A stretch of 29,924 nt of DNA from an uncultured Planctomycetia bacterium (GTDB lineage: Bacteria; Omnitrophota; Gorgyraeia; JAHIPI01): NCBI GenBank assembly GCA_964365575.1, contig CAYIQH010000001.1, positions 1 to 29,924 on the forward strand. The letters are read 5' to 3'. Under the pieces are notes generated by a model that was not told the origin of the DNA, searched no databases, and saw nothing but the letters and a program-made list of their open reading frames with translations. Within the stretch, counting starts at the first letter, position 1. Every line of letters starts with the position of its first letter. Shown here in pieces: positions 1 through 8,861 of this stretch. Made by a program: the position numbers and the translations under genes.

Positions 1-1091
1 ACGCAGCCTTTTTCAAGAAGGTCAAGGTTTTCCCTGAACAACTTCTTATCCAAGGGCTTGCCGGCCGCTACTTTAAACCGGCCGCTGTGCATCTTTAGTG
101 ACCTGACAGTACACACCAGGACAACTGCATCGGGCTTGAGGCCGCTAGTCCTGCACTTTATATCAAAAAACTTTTCTGCCCCCAAATCAGCGCCAAATCC
201 GCTTTCAGTAACAACATAATCGGAAACCAGAAGCGCCATTTTGTCTGCCAATATTGAGCTATTTCCGTGCGCTATGTTCGCGAATGGGCCTGTATGGATA
301 AGGCACGGCGTATTCTCGGTAGTCTGAACAAGGTTCGGTTTTGCAGCTTCTTTTAAAAGCGCTGCCATCGCGCCCGCAACACCTAAATCCTTTGCGGTGA
401 CCGGCTCACCCTTATGCGTCAGTGCGAGGACGACATCATCAAGCCTGCGTCTCATATCCTCAAGGTTCGTTGAAAGCGCGAGTATAGCCATCAGTTCGCT
501 CGCTACTGTTATATCAAAACCGCTATTACGTAGAAACCCTTCTTTCCCGATGCCGATTTTTACGTTTCGTAATGACCTGTCATTTATATCCAATACCCTG
601 CGCCACGCGATAGTATCGGGATTGATATTCAGTTTATTTCCCCTGAAGAGGGAATTATCCAAAAATGCGGTTAAAAGATTATGTGCTACACCGACCGCAT
701 GTATATCGCCGGTAAAGTGGAGATTAATGTCGCTCGGAGGAAGAACCTGTGAATATCCGCCGCCCGTTCCTACGCCTTTTGAGCCAAAAACAGGCCCCAT
801 TGATGGCTGCCTTATACAGACTATCGATTTCTCTCCCAGCCTGTTCAGCGCCATGGATAAGCCGATCGTCGTAACAGTCTTGCCTTCGCCGAAGGGGCTT
901 GGCGTTATAGCAGAAACCAATATGTACTTCTTCTTGCGCGGAGACGGTTTCTCTTTTAAGAATTCCAGACTTATCTTAGCCTTATACCGACCAACAGCCT
1001 CTATGTACTTAGATGGTATGCCGGCGCGTTTTGCGATCTTTTCAATTTCTACGAGCTTTATCTTTTTTGATATACTCAGATCGGAAGTCAT
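1..1091 (-). CDS. fhs: Formate--tetrahydrofolate ligase, 3'-truncated by window edge
   Basis: Not in the ORF track; translated by hand from ATG at 1091 (ATGA overlap with the rnhB stop): [42 protein letters not shown]..., then SAITPSPFGEGKTVTTIG (P-loop), RQPSMGPVFG, INLHFTGDIHAV and GPFANIAHGNSSILAD, all hallmark Fhs motifs. Confidence 0.96.
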   Translation of the reverse strand, partial: MTSDLSISKKIKLVEIEKIAKRAGIPSKYIEAVGRYKAKISLEFLKEKPSPRKKKYILVSAITPSPFGEGKTVTTIGLSMALNRLGEKSIVCIRQPSMGPVFGSKGVGTGGGYSQVLPPSDINLHFTGDIHAVGVAHNLLTAFLDNSLFRGNKLNINPDTIAWRRVLDINDRSLRNVKIGIGKEGFLRNSGFDITVASELMAILALSTNLEDMRRRLDDVVLALTHKGEPVTAKDLGVAGAMAALLKEAAKPNLVQTTENTPCLIHTGPFANIAHGNSSILADKMALLVSDYVVTESGFGADLGAEKFFDIKCRTSGLKPDAVVLVCTVRSLKMHSGRFKVAAGKPLDKKLFRENLDLLEKGC

Positions 1092-1747
1092 AATATCCCG
1101 CCATTTACCAGACTTTTTACGGGTTCAAAGCTGTGCCGGTGCAATGGTGAAGGGCCGTGTTTCTTTATTGCCTCAAAATGGGCGGCAGTGCCATAGCCTT
1201 TGTTGCGGTGAAACCCGTATTGAGGATAAATGTTATGAAGCCTGCTCATTATTCTGTCCCGGGTAACTTTTGCAAGAATAGAAGCACACGCAATAGACAG
1301 CGAACTTCTATCCCCGCCTTTAATGCTGTGTCCTTGATATGGAATGGATAACTTTATTGTGCCGTCAATGAGGAGGTAATCTGGTTTCGTACTTAGGCCG
1401 GTAACGGCTTTTTCCATCGCCAGCCGCGTGGCATTATAAATATTCATCCGGTCGATTACTTCCCTCTGAACAACAGAAACGCTATACACGGATTTCCTCA
1501 GGATCTCGCTGTACGCAACGAGACGGCTCTTCGGCGTCAGCCTTTTTGAGTCATCTATCCTGCTCTTAAACCGGTAATCATTAAGTATTACGGCAACAGC
1601 GACTACGGGCCCGGCCAGCGGCCCTACTCCCGCCTCGTCAATGCCCGCTACAACCTTATGCCCCCTGCTTTTCGCCTTCTTCTCGTGGAGTAGCGTTGGG
1701 CGCCGTCCGGAAGATATCTTCGCCTTCAATTTTGCCTTTTTTACCAA
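1088..1747 (-). CDS. rnhB: Ribonuclease HII
   Basis: [39 protein letters not shown] and KGYGT motifs. The TTG start has GAGG 7 nt upstream and lies inside rplS. Confidence 0.95.
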   Translation of the reverse strand: MVKKAKLKAKISSGRRPTLLHEKKAKSRGHKVVAGIDEAGVGPLAGPVVAVAVILNDYRFKSRIDDSKRLTPKSRLVAYSEILRKSVYSVSVVQREVIDRMNIYNATRLAMEKAVTGLSTKPDYLLIDGTIKLSIPYQGHSIKGGDRSSLSIACASILAKVTRDRIMSRLHNIYPQYGFHRNKGYGTAAHFEAIKKHGPSPLHRHSFEPVKSLVNGGIL

Positions 1748-2054
1748 TTTTTTTCCTCAGGTAATAAAGTTTCGCGCGCTTTACTTTACCTTTTTTGACG
1801 ACGTCGATATGGTCTATGGACGGTGAGTTTAAAGGGAATGTTCTTTCAACGCCTTCGCCATATGATATCCTTCTCATGGTGAATACCCTGCTGACCCCTA
1901 TTCCCTTCAGCGCTGTGACAGTCCCTTCAAATGCCTGAAGCCGGGTCTTGCCTTCTTCCTGAATCTTTGAATAAACCCTGACGGTATCGCCGGGCCCGAA
2001 TTCAGGTACATCTTTTCGTATCTGCTTTGATTCTATGTAGCTGATCTTGTTCAT
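1656..2054 (-). CDS. rplS: 50S ribosomal protein L19
   Basis: [44 protein letters not shown]; SD GAGAGGAG upstream. Confidence 0.98.
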   Translation of the reverse strand: MNKISYIESKQIRKDVPEFGPGDTVRVYSKIQEEGKTRLQAFEGTVTALKGIGVSRVFTMRRISYGEGVERTFPLNSPSIDHIDVVKKGKVKRAKLYYLRKKIGKKGKIEGEDIFRTAPNATPREEGEKQGA

Positions 2055-2061
2055 TGTCTAC

Positions 2062-2143
2062 TCCTCTCACTTATTCTAACCAGGTTAGATACATGTAATC
2101 CTGCCCGTTCTAACCTGGTTAGATACTTGCTGGAAAATGTCCC
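2062..2143. repeat. REP-like paired-palindrome element, copy 1
   Basis: TCTAACCAGGTTAGA (2075-2089) and TCTAACCTGGTTAGA (2109-2123) separated by 19 nt. Flanks TCCTCTCACTTAT and GCTGGAAAATGTCCC are shared with the copy at 6722-6802. Confidence 0.9.
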
Positions 2144-2178
2144 CCTCCTGTCTTTACCGTATTCTGTACTCTTTTAAT

Positions 2179-2883
2179 TCATCGCAAGCGCTGTGGTGCA
2201 TCTTTCATTAAATCCGGACGGCGCCTCGCCGTCCTCTTTACTGCCTCGCGCCTTCTCCATACTTCAATGTTCTTATGGTCGCCCGAAAGCAGCACTGCCG
2301 GCACTGCCCAGCCACGGAATGCCGCCGGCCTCGTGTACTGAGGATACTCCAGCAGATTATCCTCAAACGATTCGCTGAGAGCCGAATTCTTATCTCCCAG
2401 AACACCGGGCACAAGCCTTGTCACCGCATCTATGACTACCATTGCCGGAAGTTCGCCGCAGGTAAGCACATAATCTCCTATTGATATCTCGGTATCAACC
2501 AGATGTTCCCTTACACGTTCATCAACGCCTTCATAGTGGCCGCATATCAATACCAGTCTCTTTAGTTTTGAGAGACGCTTTGCCGTTTTCTGGTCAAATT
2601 TTTTACCCTGCGGCGATAGTAGTATGACCCTTGCCCCTTGATCCCTGCCCTTTGCCGCTACAATATGCTTCAGCGCGCTATATATCGGCTCCGTTGTCAG
2701 TACCATTCCGGGCCCGCCGCCAAACGGCCTGTCATCCGCCTTCTTATGTTTGTCGGTGCTGTAATCGCGTATATTATGTATCCGTATCTCTACTTTTTTT
2801 TTCTCCTGGGACCTCTTGATTATTGATTCACCCAGAAAATCCCGGAACATCCCCGGAAAAAGCGTAAGGACATCTATTCTCAT
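2179..2883 (-). CDS. trmD: tRNA (guanine37-N1)-methyltransferase
   Basis: [60 protein letters not shown]. Confidence 0.98.
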   Translation of the reverse strand: MRIDVLTLFPGMFRDFLGESIIKRSQEKKKVEIRIHNIRDYSTDKHKKADDRPFGGGPGMVLTTEPIYSALKHIVAAKGRDQGARVILLSPQGKKFDQKTAKRLSKLKRLVLICGHYEGVDERVREHLVDTEISIGDYVLTCGELPAMVVIDAVTRLVPGVLGDKNSALSESFEDNLLEYPQYTRPAAFRGWAVPAVLLSGDHKNIEVWRRREAVKRTARRRPDLMKDAPQRLR

Positions 2884-2907
2884 AATAGAAGCGCGCTTTC
2901 TATCCGA

Positions 2908-3150
2908 TTATTTTGAGCTGCTTCGCTTCAACAGGTTTTTTACCGTGTCAGACGGCTTCGCGCCGGTTTTCATCCAGTATTCCGCACGGTCCCTCTTTAT
3001 GGAAATAAGCGGCGGGTTTTTTCTTGCATCATAACTGCCGATCTCTTCTATAAATCTGCCGTCTCTCGGATTTCTTGAGTCGGTAACTACAATCCTGTGG
3101 CACATCTTTTTATTTGCTCCCATCCTCTTTAATCGTATTACTACTGCCAT
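2908..3150 (-). CDS. rpsP: 30S ribosomal protein S16
   Basis: [41 protein letters not shown]; SD AAGGAG. Confidence 0.98.
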   Translation of the reverse strand: MAVVIRLKRMGANKKMCHRIVVTDSRNPRDGRFIEEIGSYDARKNPPLISIKRDRAEYWMKTGAKPSDTVKNLLKRSSSK

Positions 3151-3166
3151 TGGTATTCTCCTTTTG

Positions 3167-3239
3167 TAGCTGTAAGCTTTAAGCTATAAGCTATATCTTT
3201 GGTTTTTGCTTACAACTTATAGCTTACGGCTTATAGCTA
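3167..3239. repeat. Inverted array of tandem heptamers (TAAGCTA-like) forming a long imperfect hairpin
   Basis: Left arm tagctg-taagctt-taagcta-taagcta (about 3167-3193); right arm tgctta-caactta-tagctta-cggctta-tagcta (about 3207-3239) approximates its reverse complement. It fills the murA-rpsP gap. Confidence 0.8.
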
Positions 3240-4505
3240 TCACTTTTCCTTTACACGCTTGATATTGGCGCCCAGCGCCTGCAGTTTTTCTTCCAGCCTC
3301 TCATACCCGCGGTCCAGATGATAGATCCTGGATACCTCTGTCGCGCCCTCTGCGACAAGGCCGGCAATAACCAGCGCCGCGCTTGCCCTGAGGTCGGATG
3401 CCATAACAGGAGCGCCGCTGAGATGCTTAACGCCCTTCACAATCGCGTTAGGCCCTTCAAGCATTATCTCGGCACCCATCCTGCTCAATTCACTTATATG
3501 TATAAACCTCTCCGGATAGATCTTCTCTGTAATAACGCTTATCCCGTCGGTGACACTCATCACCGCCATCATCTGCGCCTGTAAATCCGTAGGAAATCCC
3601 GGATACGGCAGCGTCGTCACATATATAGGCTTAAGCCGTTTCACATATTTTACATGTATGCCGTCTTTTTCCTTCGCAATACTTAAGCCGCTTTCCACAA
3701 GCTTGTCAATAGGCGCTAAAAGGTGATCATAAATGGCGCCTTTCAAAGAGACTTCTCCCTTTGTTGCGGCCGCTGCCATCATATATGTTCCGGCTTCTAT
3801 CCTGTCCGGAATTAACGCGTGAGTACACCCATATAGTTTATTTACTCCGCTGATAACGAGCCGCGGCGACCCCACACCTTCAATGTCAGCCCCCATGCTT
3901 CTCAGAAAATTTACAAGGTCAGCTACCTCTGGCTCGCAGGCAGTGCCTTCTATAACAGTCGTGCCTTTCGTCAGCACAGCCGCCATGAGTACATTAGCGG
4001 TCGCCAGGACGCTTGAGCCGAAATGGCCTCCGAGATATACGCGGCTTCCTCTTAATTTTTTGCCGTCCGCAATTATGTATCCGCTTTTGATCTTTAAATC
4101 TACGCCTAATTCTTTCAGGCCCTTGAGATGCAGATCAATGGGCCGCGGCCCGATTACGCATCCGCCCGGAAAAGAAACCTCTGCTTTCCTGCGCCTGCCC
4201 AGGAGCGGCCCCAGGACACATATTGACCCGCGCATTGTGCTGACAAGGTCATACGGCGCGCGATACTTGTCCTTATCCCCGCCTCTCACAGTCACGATAT
4301 CGTCTATCATAGAGACATCTTTGCCGAGTTCCCTCAGCAATTTTATCATCGTATTAATATCGGAGAGATACGGAACATTTTTCAGGACGCATGTATCATC
4401 GGTAAGCAGTGTCGCCGCTAATATCGGCAGCGCCGCATTCTTTGAGCCGCTTACGATTACGGTGCCTTTTAATTTATTCCCGCCTTTTATAATCAGCTTA
4501 TCCAC
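3240..4505 (-). CDS. murA: UDP-N-acetylglucosamine 1-carboxyvinyltransferase
   Basis: SGSKNAALPILAA, PGGCVIGPRPIDLH (catalytic Cys present), PDRIEAGT, PYPGFPTDLQAQ, ASDLRASAAL, HLDRGYE; GTG start. Confidence 0.98.
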   Translation of the reverse strand: MDKLIIKGGNKLKGTVIVSGSKNAALPILAATLLTDDTCVLKNVPYLSDINTMIKLLRELGKDVSMIDDIVTVRGGDKDKYRAPYDLVSTMRGSICVLGPLLGRRRKAEVSFPGGCVIGPRPIDLHLKGLKELGVDLKIKSGYIIADGKKLRGSRVYLGGHFGSSVLATANVLMAAVLTKGTTVIEGTACEPEVADLVNFLRSMGADIEGVGSPRLVISGVNKLYGCTHALIPDRIEAGTYMMAAAATKGEVSLKGAIYDHLLAPIDKLVESGLSIAKEKDGIHVKYVKRLKPIYVTTLPYPGFPTDLQAQMMAVMSVTDGISVITEKIYPERFIHISELSRMGAEIMLEGPNAIVKGVKHLSGAPVMASDLRASAALVIAGLVAEGATEVSRIYHLDRGYERLEEKLQALGANIKRVKEK

Positions 4506-4519
4506 AATTACCTTCGCAG

Positions 4520-4568
4520 TCTAACCAGGTTAGATATGCGTAATCTAACTTATTCTAACCTGGTTAGA
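4520..4568. repeat. REP-like paired-palindrome element, copy 2 (core only, overlaps the prmC 3' end)
   Basis: TCTAACCAGGTTAGA (4520-4534), 19 nt, TCTAACCTGGTTAGA (4554-4568). Confidence 0.9.
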
Positions 4569-5387
4569 AACATGATTTATTACAACGATACGGTCAAGGC
4601 CGTTATAGTCTTTAAATATTTTAATATTGCCAAGCTCCGGATATTTTTTTATAATTTCCGCGATTGCCTCGGCCTGATCGCACCCTATTTCAAACACAAC
4701 TACACCGCCGGATCTTAAATAGCGCCGTCCGTCGTCCAAAATAGCCCGGTAAAAGTCTAACCCGTCAATACCGCCATCCAACGCCCTTACATCTTCATGC
4801 GCAATCTCGGGTTCGAGATGCTTTATTTCGTCTCGTTTAACATAAGGCGGATTTGATATAATTATATCAAAATACCCTAGATAAGCACTAGAAATATTGT
4901 CAAATAGATCACTTTTTATAAATTCAATCTGCCTGTCTACGACGTTCATTTCCGCATTTTGCGATGCCGTCTCGAGCGCTGCATCCGAAATGTCGGAAGC
5001 AATTATTCTACAATTAGTTACATTCTTTGTCAATGAAATTGCTATATTCCCGCTTCCTGTCCCGATTTCCAGCATGTTTACAGGGCACCTGTCCATATCC
5101 GCGATAATTTCCAACGCTTTCTCAATCAATATCTCTGTTTCGGGTCGTGGTATAAACACGCCCTCCCGCAAATTTAGCGGCAATCCCATAAACTCTGCCT
5201 CTTTGAGGATATACTGCAATGGGTATCTGGACGCCCTGTGATTTATCGAGCTCCTGAACACCCCGGTATCCGGACAATGGTCAAGCAATATGCCCGCATC
5301 AAGCCCCGCGGTATCAATGCCTGCCGCGCGAAGCACGTATTCCCCCCACTTCAATAATTCCGCCTGATCATTGCGGCATGTAATCAT
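4545..5387 (-). CDS. prmC: Release factor glutamine methyltransferase (HemK)
   Basis: YPLQYIL, VFIPRPETEILIE, EIGTGSGNIAISL, ISNPPY, ALDGGIDGLDFY; directly follows prfA with a TAATG overlap. Confidence 0.96.
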   Translation of the reverse strand: MITCRNDQAELLKWGEYVLRAAGIDTAGLDAGILLDHCPDTGVFRSSINHRASRYPLQYILKEAEFMGLPLNLREGVFIPRPETEILIEKALEIIADMDRCPVNMLEIGTGSGNIAISLTKNVTNCRIIASDISDAALETASQNAEMNVVDRQIEFIKSDLFDNISSAYLGYFDIIISNPPYVKRDEIKHLEPEIAHEDVRALDGGIDGLDFYRAILDDGRRYLRSGGVVVFEIGCDQAEAIAEIIKKYPELGNIKIFKDYNGLDRIVVINHVSNQVRIS

Positions 5388-6463
5388 TACCTATCCTCAG
5401 ATTTCTTGTCCAAACGTAATTTCCGCTCGGCGCCTTTAAGGCCCGCTACCATTTCATCAAGGTCACCTTCCATGATTTCAGGCAGGCGGTGTAAAGTCAG
5501 GTTAATCCTATGGTCCGTAACGCGCCTGTCGGGAAAATTATAAGTCCGTATCTTCTCAGACCTGTCTCCGCTTCCGACCTGCTTTTTTCTGTCCTTGGTG
5601 ATCCTGGCCTGATGCTCCGATTTTATTTTATCAAAAAGCCGCGCATTGAGAACTCTCATTGCCTTTACTTTGTTTTTATGCTGCGATCTTTCATCCTGGC
5701 AGATTACGACCAAACCCGTGGGGAGATGCGTTATTCTCACGGCAGAATCCGTAGTGTTTACTGACTGGCCGCCGTGGCCGCCGGATCGGTATACGTCTAT
5801 TTTTAAATCTTCCTGCTTGATATTAACTTCCACATCTTCGGCTTCCGGCAGTACGGCGACTGTCACCGCCGACGTGTGTATGCGGCCTGATGCTTCTGTG
5901 TCAGGGACTCTCTGCACCCTGTGGGTACCACTCTCATATTTTAGAGAGCCGTATACCCCTCTGCCGCTTACGGAAAATACCACTTCTTTGAAACCATTTT
6001 TCTCGCTCATCGAGCTGCTGAGCATTTCAGCCTTCCAGCCTTTTTTTGAGGCGTATCTTGCGTACATCCTGTATAATTCCGCCGCAAAAAGCGACGCCTC
6101 GATGCCTCCTGTGCCGGCACGTATTTCCATGATGATGCCTTTATCACTGTCAGGGTCTTTTTCGCACATCATGTCTTCAAGGTCATGGATGAGGGTTTTC
6201 TTCCTGCTTTTCAATTCACTGAGCTCAGCCTCGGCGAGTTCCACAAATTCGGGATCATGTTTGCCTAAAAGGACATGCATGACATCTTCAATCTCTTTTT
6301 CAACTTTTTTATAATCATGATACTTCTTAACAATTTCAGATGTCTCAGCATGCTCCTTGGCATATTTCTGATAAAGCTCGGTCTTGGAGATGACATCGGG
6401 GTCCGATATCAGCGATTCCAATTCTTTCAACCGGGCCTCTTTTTTCAAAATTTCATCAAACAT
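5387..6463 (-). CDS. prfA: Peptide chain release factor 1
   Basis: [23 protein letters not shown] (PxT motif diagnostic of RF1), GGQ motif, [11 protein letters not shown]. Confidence 0.98.
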   Translation of the reverse strand: MFDEILKKEARLKELESLISDPDVISKTELYQKYAKEHAETSEIVKKYHDYKKVEKEIEDVMHVLLGKHDPEFVELAEAELSELKSRKKTLIHDLEDMMCEKDPDSDKGIIMEIRAGTGGIEASLFAAELYRMYARYASKKGWKAEMLSSSMSEKNGFKEVVFSVSGRGVYGSLKYESGTHRVQRVPDTEASGRIHTSAVTVAVLPEAEDVEVNIKQEDLKIDVYRSGGHGGQSVNTTDSAVRITHLPTGLVVICQDERSQHKNKVKAMRVLNARLFDKIKSEHQARITKDRKKQVGSGDRSEKIRTYNFPDRRVTDHRINLTLHRLPEIMEGDLDEMVAGLKGAERKLRLDKKSEDR

Positions 6464-6464
6464 T

Positions 6465-6689
6465 CTAGCCTTTTGCGGGCTTCGCTGGCGCGGCCTTTTC
6501 GTACCTTTTCTTAAATTTGTCTACCATACCTGCGGAGTCAACGAGTTTCTGCTTACCCGTAAAAAACGGATGGCACTTGGAACATATATCAACCTTGATA
6601 TTATGCCTCGTTGCGCGCGTATGTATGACTTCGCCGCAGGCGCAGCTTATTGTCGTCTCCTTATACTCCGGATGTATCCCTTTCTTCAT
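6465..6689 (-). CDS. rpmE: 50S ribosomal protein L31, zinc-binding (C+) type
   Basis: [28 protein letters not shown]; four Zn-ligand cysteines. Confidence 0.97.
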   Translation of the reverse strand: MKKGIHPEYKETTISCACGEVIHTRATRHNIKVDICSKCHPFFTGKQKLVDSAGMVDKFKKRYEKAAPAKPAKG

Positions 6690-6721
6690 TTGTCACTTTC
6701 CTTTTATGGCGCGGGACACTT

Positions 6722-6802
6722 TCCTCTCACTTATTCTAACCAGGTTAGAAACATCTAATTTTACATGTTCTAACCTGGTTAGAACATGCTGGAAAATGTC
6801 CC
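6722..6802. repeat. REP-like paired-palindrome element, copy 3
   Basis: TCTAACCAGGTTAGA (6735-6749), 19 nt, TCTAACCTGGTTAGA (6769-6783). This copy is enclosed by an outer inverted repeat GCGGGACACTTTCC / GGAAAATGTCCCGC (one mismatch). Confidence 0.9.
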
Positions 6803-6818
6803 GCCGTGTGGCTGTATT

Positions 6819-6842
6819 TGCAACCATAGTCTTATGGTTGCA
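6819..6842. other. Perfect 10-bp stem-loop downstream of rho
   Basis: TGCAACCATA-GTCT-TATGGTTGCA; no U-tract follows on the minus strand, so it is not a classic intrinsic terminator. Confidence 0.7.
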
Positions 6843-6856
6843 GCTTCAACGGCTGT

Positions 6857-8239
6857 TTATAATGCTTTGTTAATGCTCATCAAAAATTCTGCATTCGTTT
6901 TTGTTTTTGCCAGTTTCTCCACTAATAATTCCATCGCCTCAACAGTATTCAGTTCACTCAGAACCTTGCGCATGATCCATATCCTCTGAAGTTCGTCGGC
7001 ATGTACCAGTAGTTCTTCCTTGCGGGTATTGGACCTCTTGATGTCTATCGCAGGATATACTCTTTTCTGGAAAAGTGTCCGGTCCATCTGAAGCTCCATA
7101 TTACCCGTGCCTTTAAATTCTTCAAATATTACTTCGTCCATGCGGCTGCCCGTATCAACCAGCGCAGTAGCGATAATAGTAAGACTGCCGCCTTCCTCAA
7201 TATTTCTGGCTGCGCCGAAGAACCTTTTCGGCTTATGCAGGGCGTTCGAATCTACGCCTCCGGAAAGTATTTTTCCTGAATGAGGAACGACGGCATTATA
7301 GGCCCTCGCCAACCGCGTTATACTGTCGAGCAATATTATAACATCTTTTCCATATTCTACAAGCCTTTTGGCCTTTTCGAGCACCATATCTGCTACCTGC
7401 GTGTGCCTTTCGGCAGGTTCATCAAAAGTCGAACTTATGACTTCGCCGTGTACCGAACGCTGCATATCAGTAACTTCTTCCGGCCTTTCATCTATGAGCA
7501 GGACCATAAGCAGGGCTTCCGGATAGTTTTTTGTTATCGCATTGGCAAATTTCTGGAGCAGGACAGTTTTGCCGCTATAAGGCGGCGCCACTATCATGCC
7601 GCGCTGCCCCTTTCCTACAGGCGTAAGCATGTCCATTACGCGCATGGAAATATCTTCCGATTCATTCTCAAGAATAAAGCGCTCGTTAGGATAAAGCGGC
7701 GTAAGATTATCAAAAAGCACTCTCTCTTTTGACTTGTCGGGGTTCTCGTAATTCACCGCCTCTACCTTGAGGAGGGCAAAATATCTCTCCCCTTCCTTCG
7801 GAGGCCTTATCTGCCCGCTTACCGTATCACCTGTACTAAGGTCAAATTTGCGTATCTGGGAAGGCGACACATAAATATCGTCGGGACACGGCAGGTAATT
7901 ATAATTCGGGCTCCTCAGAAACCCAAAACCGTCCTGCAGTATCTCAAGGACACCTTCTCCGAAAAGAAGGCCGTTTTTTTCCGCCTGCGCCTGCAGGATT
8001 TTAAATATAAGGTCCTGCTTTTTAAGCGCACTGACACCGTCCACGCTGAACTGCTTTGCTATCTTGCTCAATTCCGAGATCTTCATCTCCTTAAGCTTTT
8101 CTATCTTTATTTCGCCTTCATGTCCGCGCCGCTCAACCGTTTTTTCGACGGCCTTCTCTGCTGTCTTCTCAGCTGCCTTCTCGGCTGTCCTATCTGCTGT
8201 CTTTTCCGCGATCTTCTTTGTTTTGTTATTTTCTTCCAC
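6857..8239 (-). CDS. rho: Transcription termination factor Rho
   Basis: [82 protein letters not shown]. Confidence 0.99.
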   Translation of the reverse strand: MEENNKTKKIAEKTADRTAEKAAEKTAEKAVEKTVERRGHEGEIKIEKLKEMKISELSKIAKQFSVDGVSALKKQDLIFKILQAQAEKNGLLFGEGVLEILQDGFGFLRSPNYNYLPCPDDIYVSPSQIRKFDLSTGDTVSGQIRPPKEGERYFALLKVEAVNYENPDKSKERVLFDNLTPLYPNERFILENESEDISMRVMDMLTPVGKGQRGMIVAPPYSGKTVLLQKFANAITKNYPEALLMVLLIDERPEEVTDMQRSVHGEVISSTFDEPAERHTQVADMVLEKAKRLVEYGKDVIILLDSITRLARAYNAVVPHSGKILSGGVDSNALHKPKRFFGAARNIEEGGSLTIIATALVDTGSRMDEVIFEEFKGTGNMELQMDRTLFQKRVYPAIDIKRSNTRKEELLVHADELQRIWIMRKVLSELNTVEAMELLVEKLAKTKTNAEFLMSINKAL

Positions 8240-8861
8240 TTTTAATCTCCTTCCATATTTTCTTTACGATTTTTTTCACATATCCCTGACTCTTTTCGTT
8301 ATCTATTATATAATCCGCCATCTTTGCTTTTTCCCTTAGCGGTAGTTGATTTTTTATGCGCCTTTTTATTTCAGCAACGCTCATGCCTGTTTTTTTCCTC
8401 GCCCTTTCTATCTGCACCTTTGGGCCTGTCATCACGACAATTAATACATCCAGCATCTTACGCATACCGGCTTCTATCAAAAGCGGGGCATCTATCACAA
8501 TGGCCGGGATCTTCGACCCATTTTTCGCGGTGTCACGTATTGATTTTCTGATGTCGCTTATGACTGCGGGGTGTATTATGCCGCATAATTTACCCAGCGG
8601 TTTTCTATCACAAAATACGACGGCTGCGAGTTTTGTTCTGTCGACGGCGCCGTAACCGGTAAGTACCTTATCTCCGAATTCTTTCACGATCTTTTTATGC
8701 GGCTCTGTACCCTGCCGCATTAATCTATGAGCGATTTTATCGGCATTTAATACCTTCGCACCAAGTCGTTTGAACATTGACGCAATCGTACTTTTCCCCG
8801 TCGCAAAGCTGCCTGTTATACCTATTATGATCGGGCGCACCGTTTTTTTGCCCATTGTCAT
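8226..8861 (-). CDS. coaE: Dephospho-CoA kinase
   Basis: [14 protein letters not shown] (P-loop), [30 protein letters not shown]. Confidence 0.96.
   Translation of the reverse strand: MTMGKKTVRPIIIGITGSFATGKSTIASMFKRLGAKVLNADKIAHRLMRQGTEPHKKIVKEFGDKVLTGYGAVDRTKLAAVVFCDRKPLGKLCGIIHPAVISDIRKSIRDTAKNGSKIPAIVIDAPLLIEAGMRKMLDVLIVVMTGPKVQIERARKKTGMSVAEIKRRIKNQLPLREKAKMADYIIDNEKSQGYVKKIVKKIWKEIKSGRK

Noticed and set aside
397-1266. 289-aa plus-strand ORF
   Set aside because: Antisense shadow of fhs and rnhB, which have unambiguous motifs on the minus strand; no recognisable domain.
3883-4524. 213-aa plus-strand ORF
   Set aside because: Antisense to murA; Ser/Pro/Arg-rich composition typical of shadow frames.
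5646-6314. 222-aa plus-strand ORF
   Set aside because: Antisense to prfA; no independent evidence.
2075-6783. Palindromic repeats as a CRISPR array
   Set aside because: Only two units per site, 15-bp repeats with 19-nt spacers, dispersed loci and no cas genes.
6819-6842. Rho-independent terminator after rho
   Set aside because: The stem is strong but lacks a following U-tract in the transcribed direction; kept only as a structured element.
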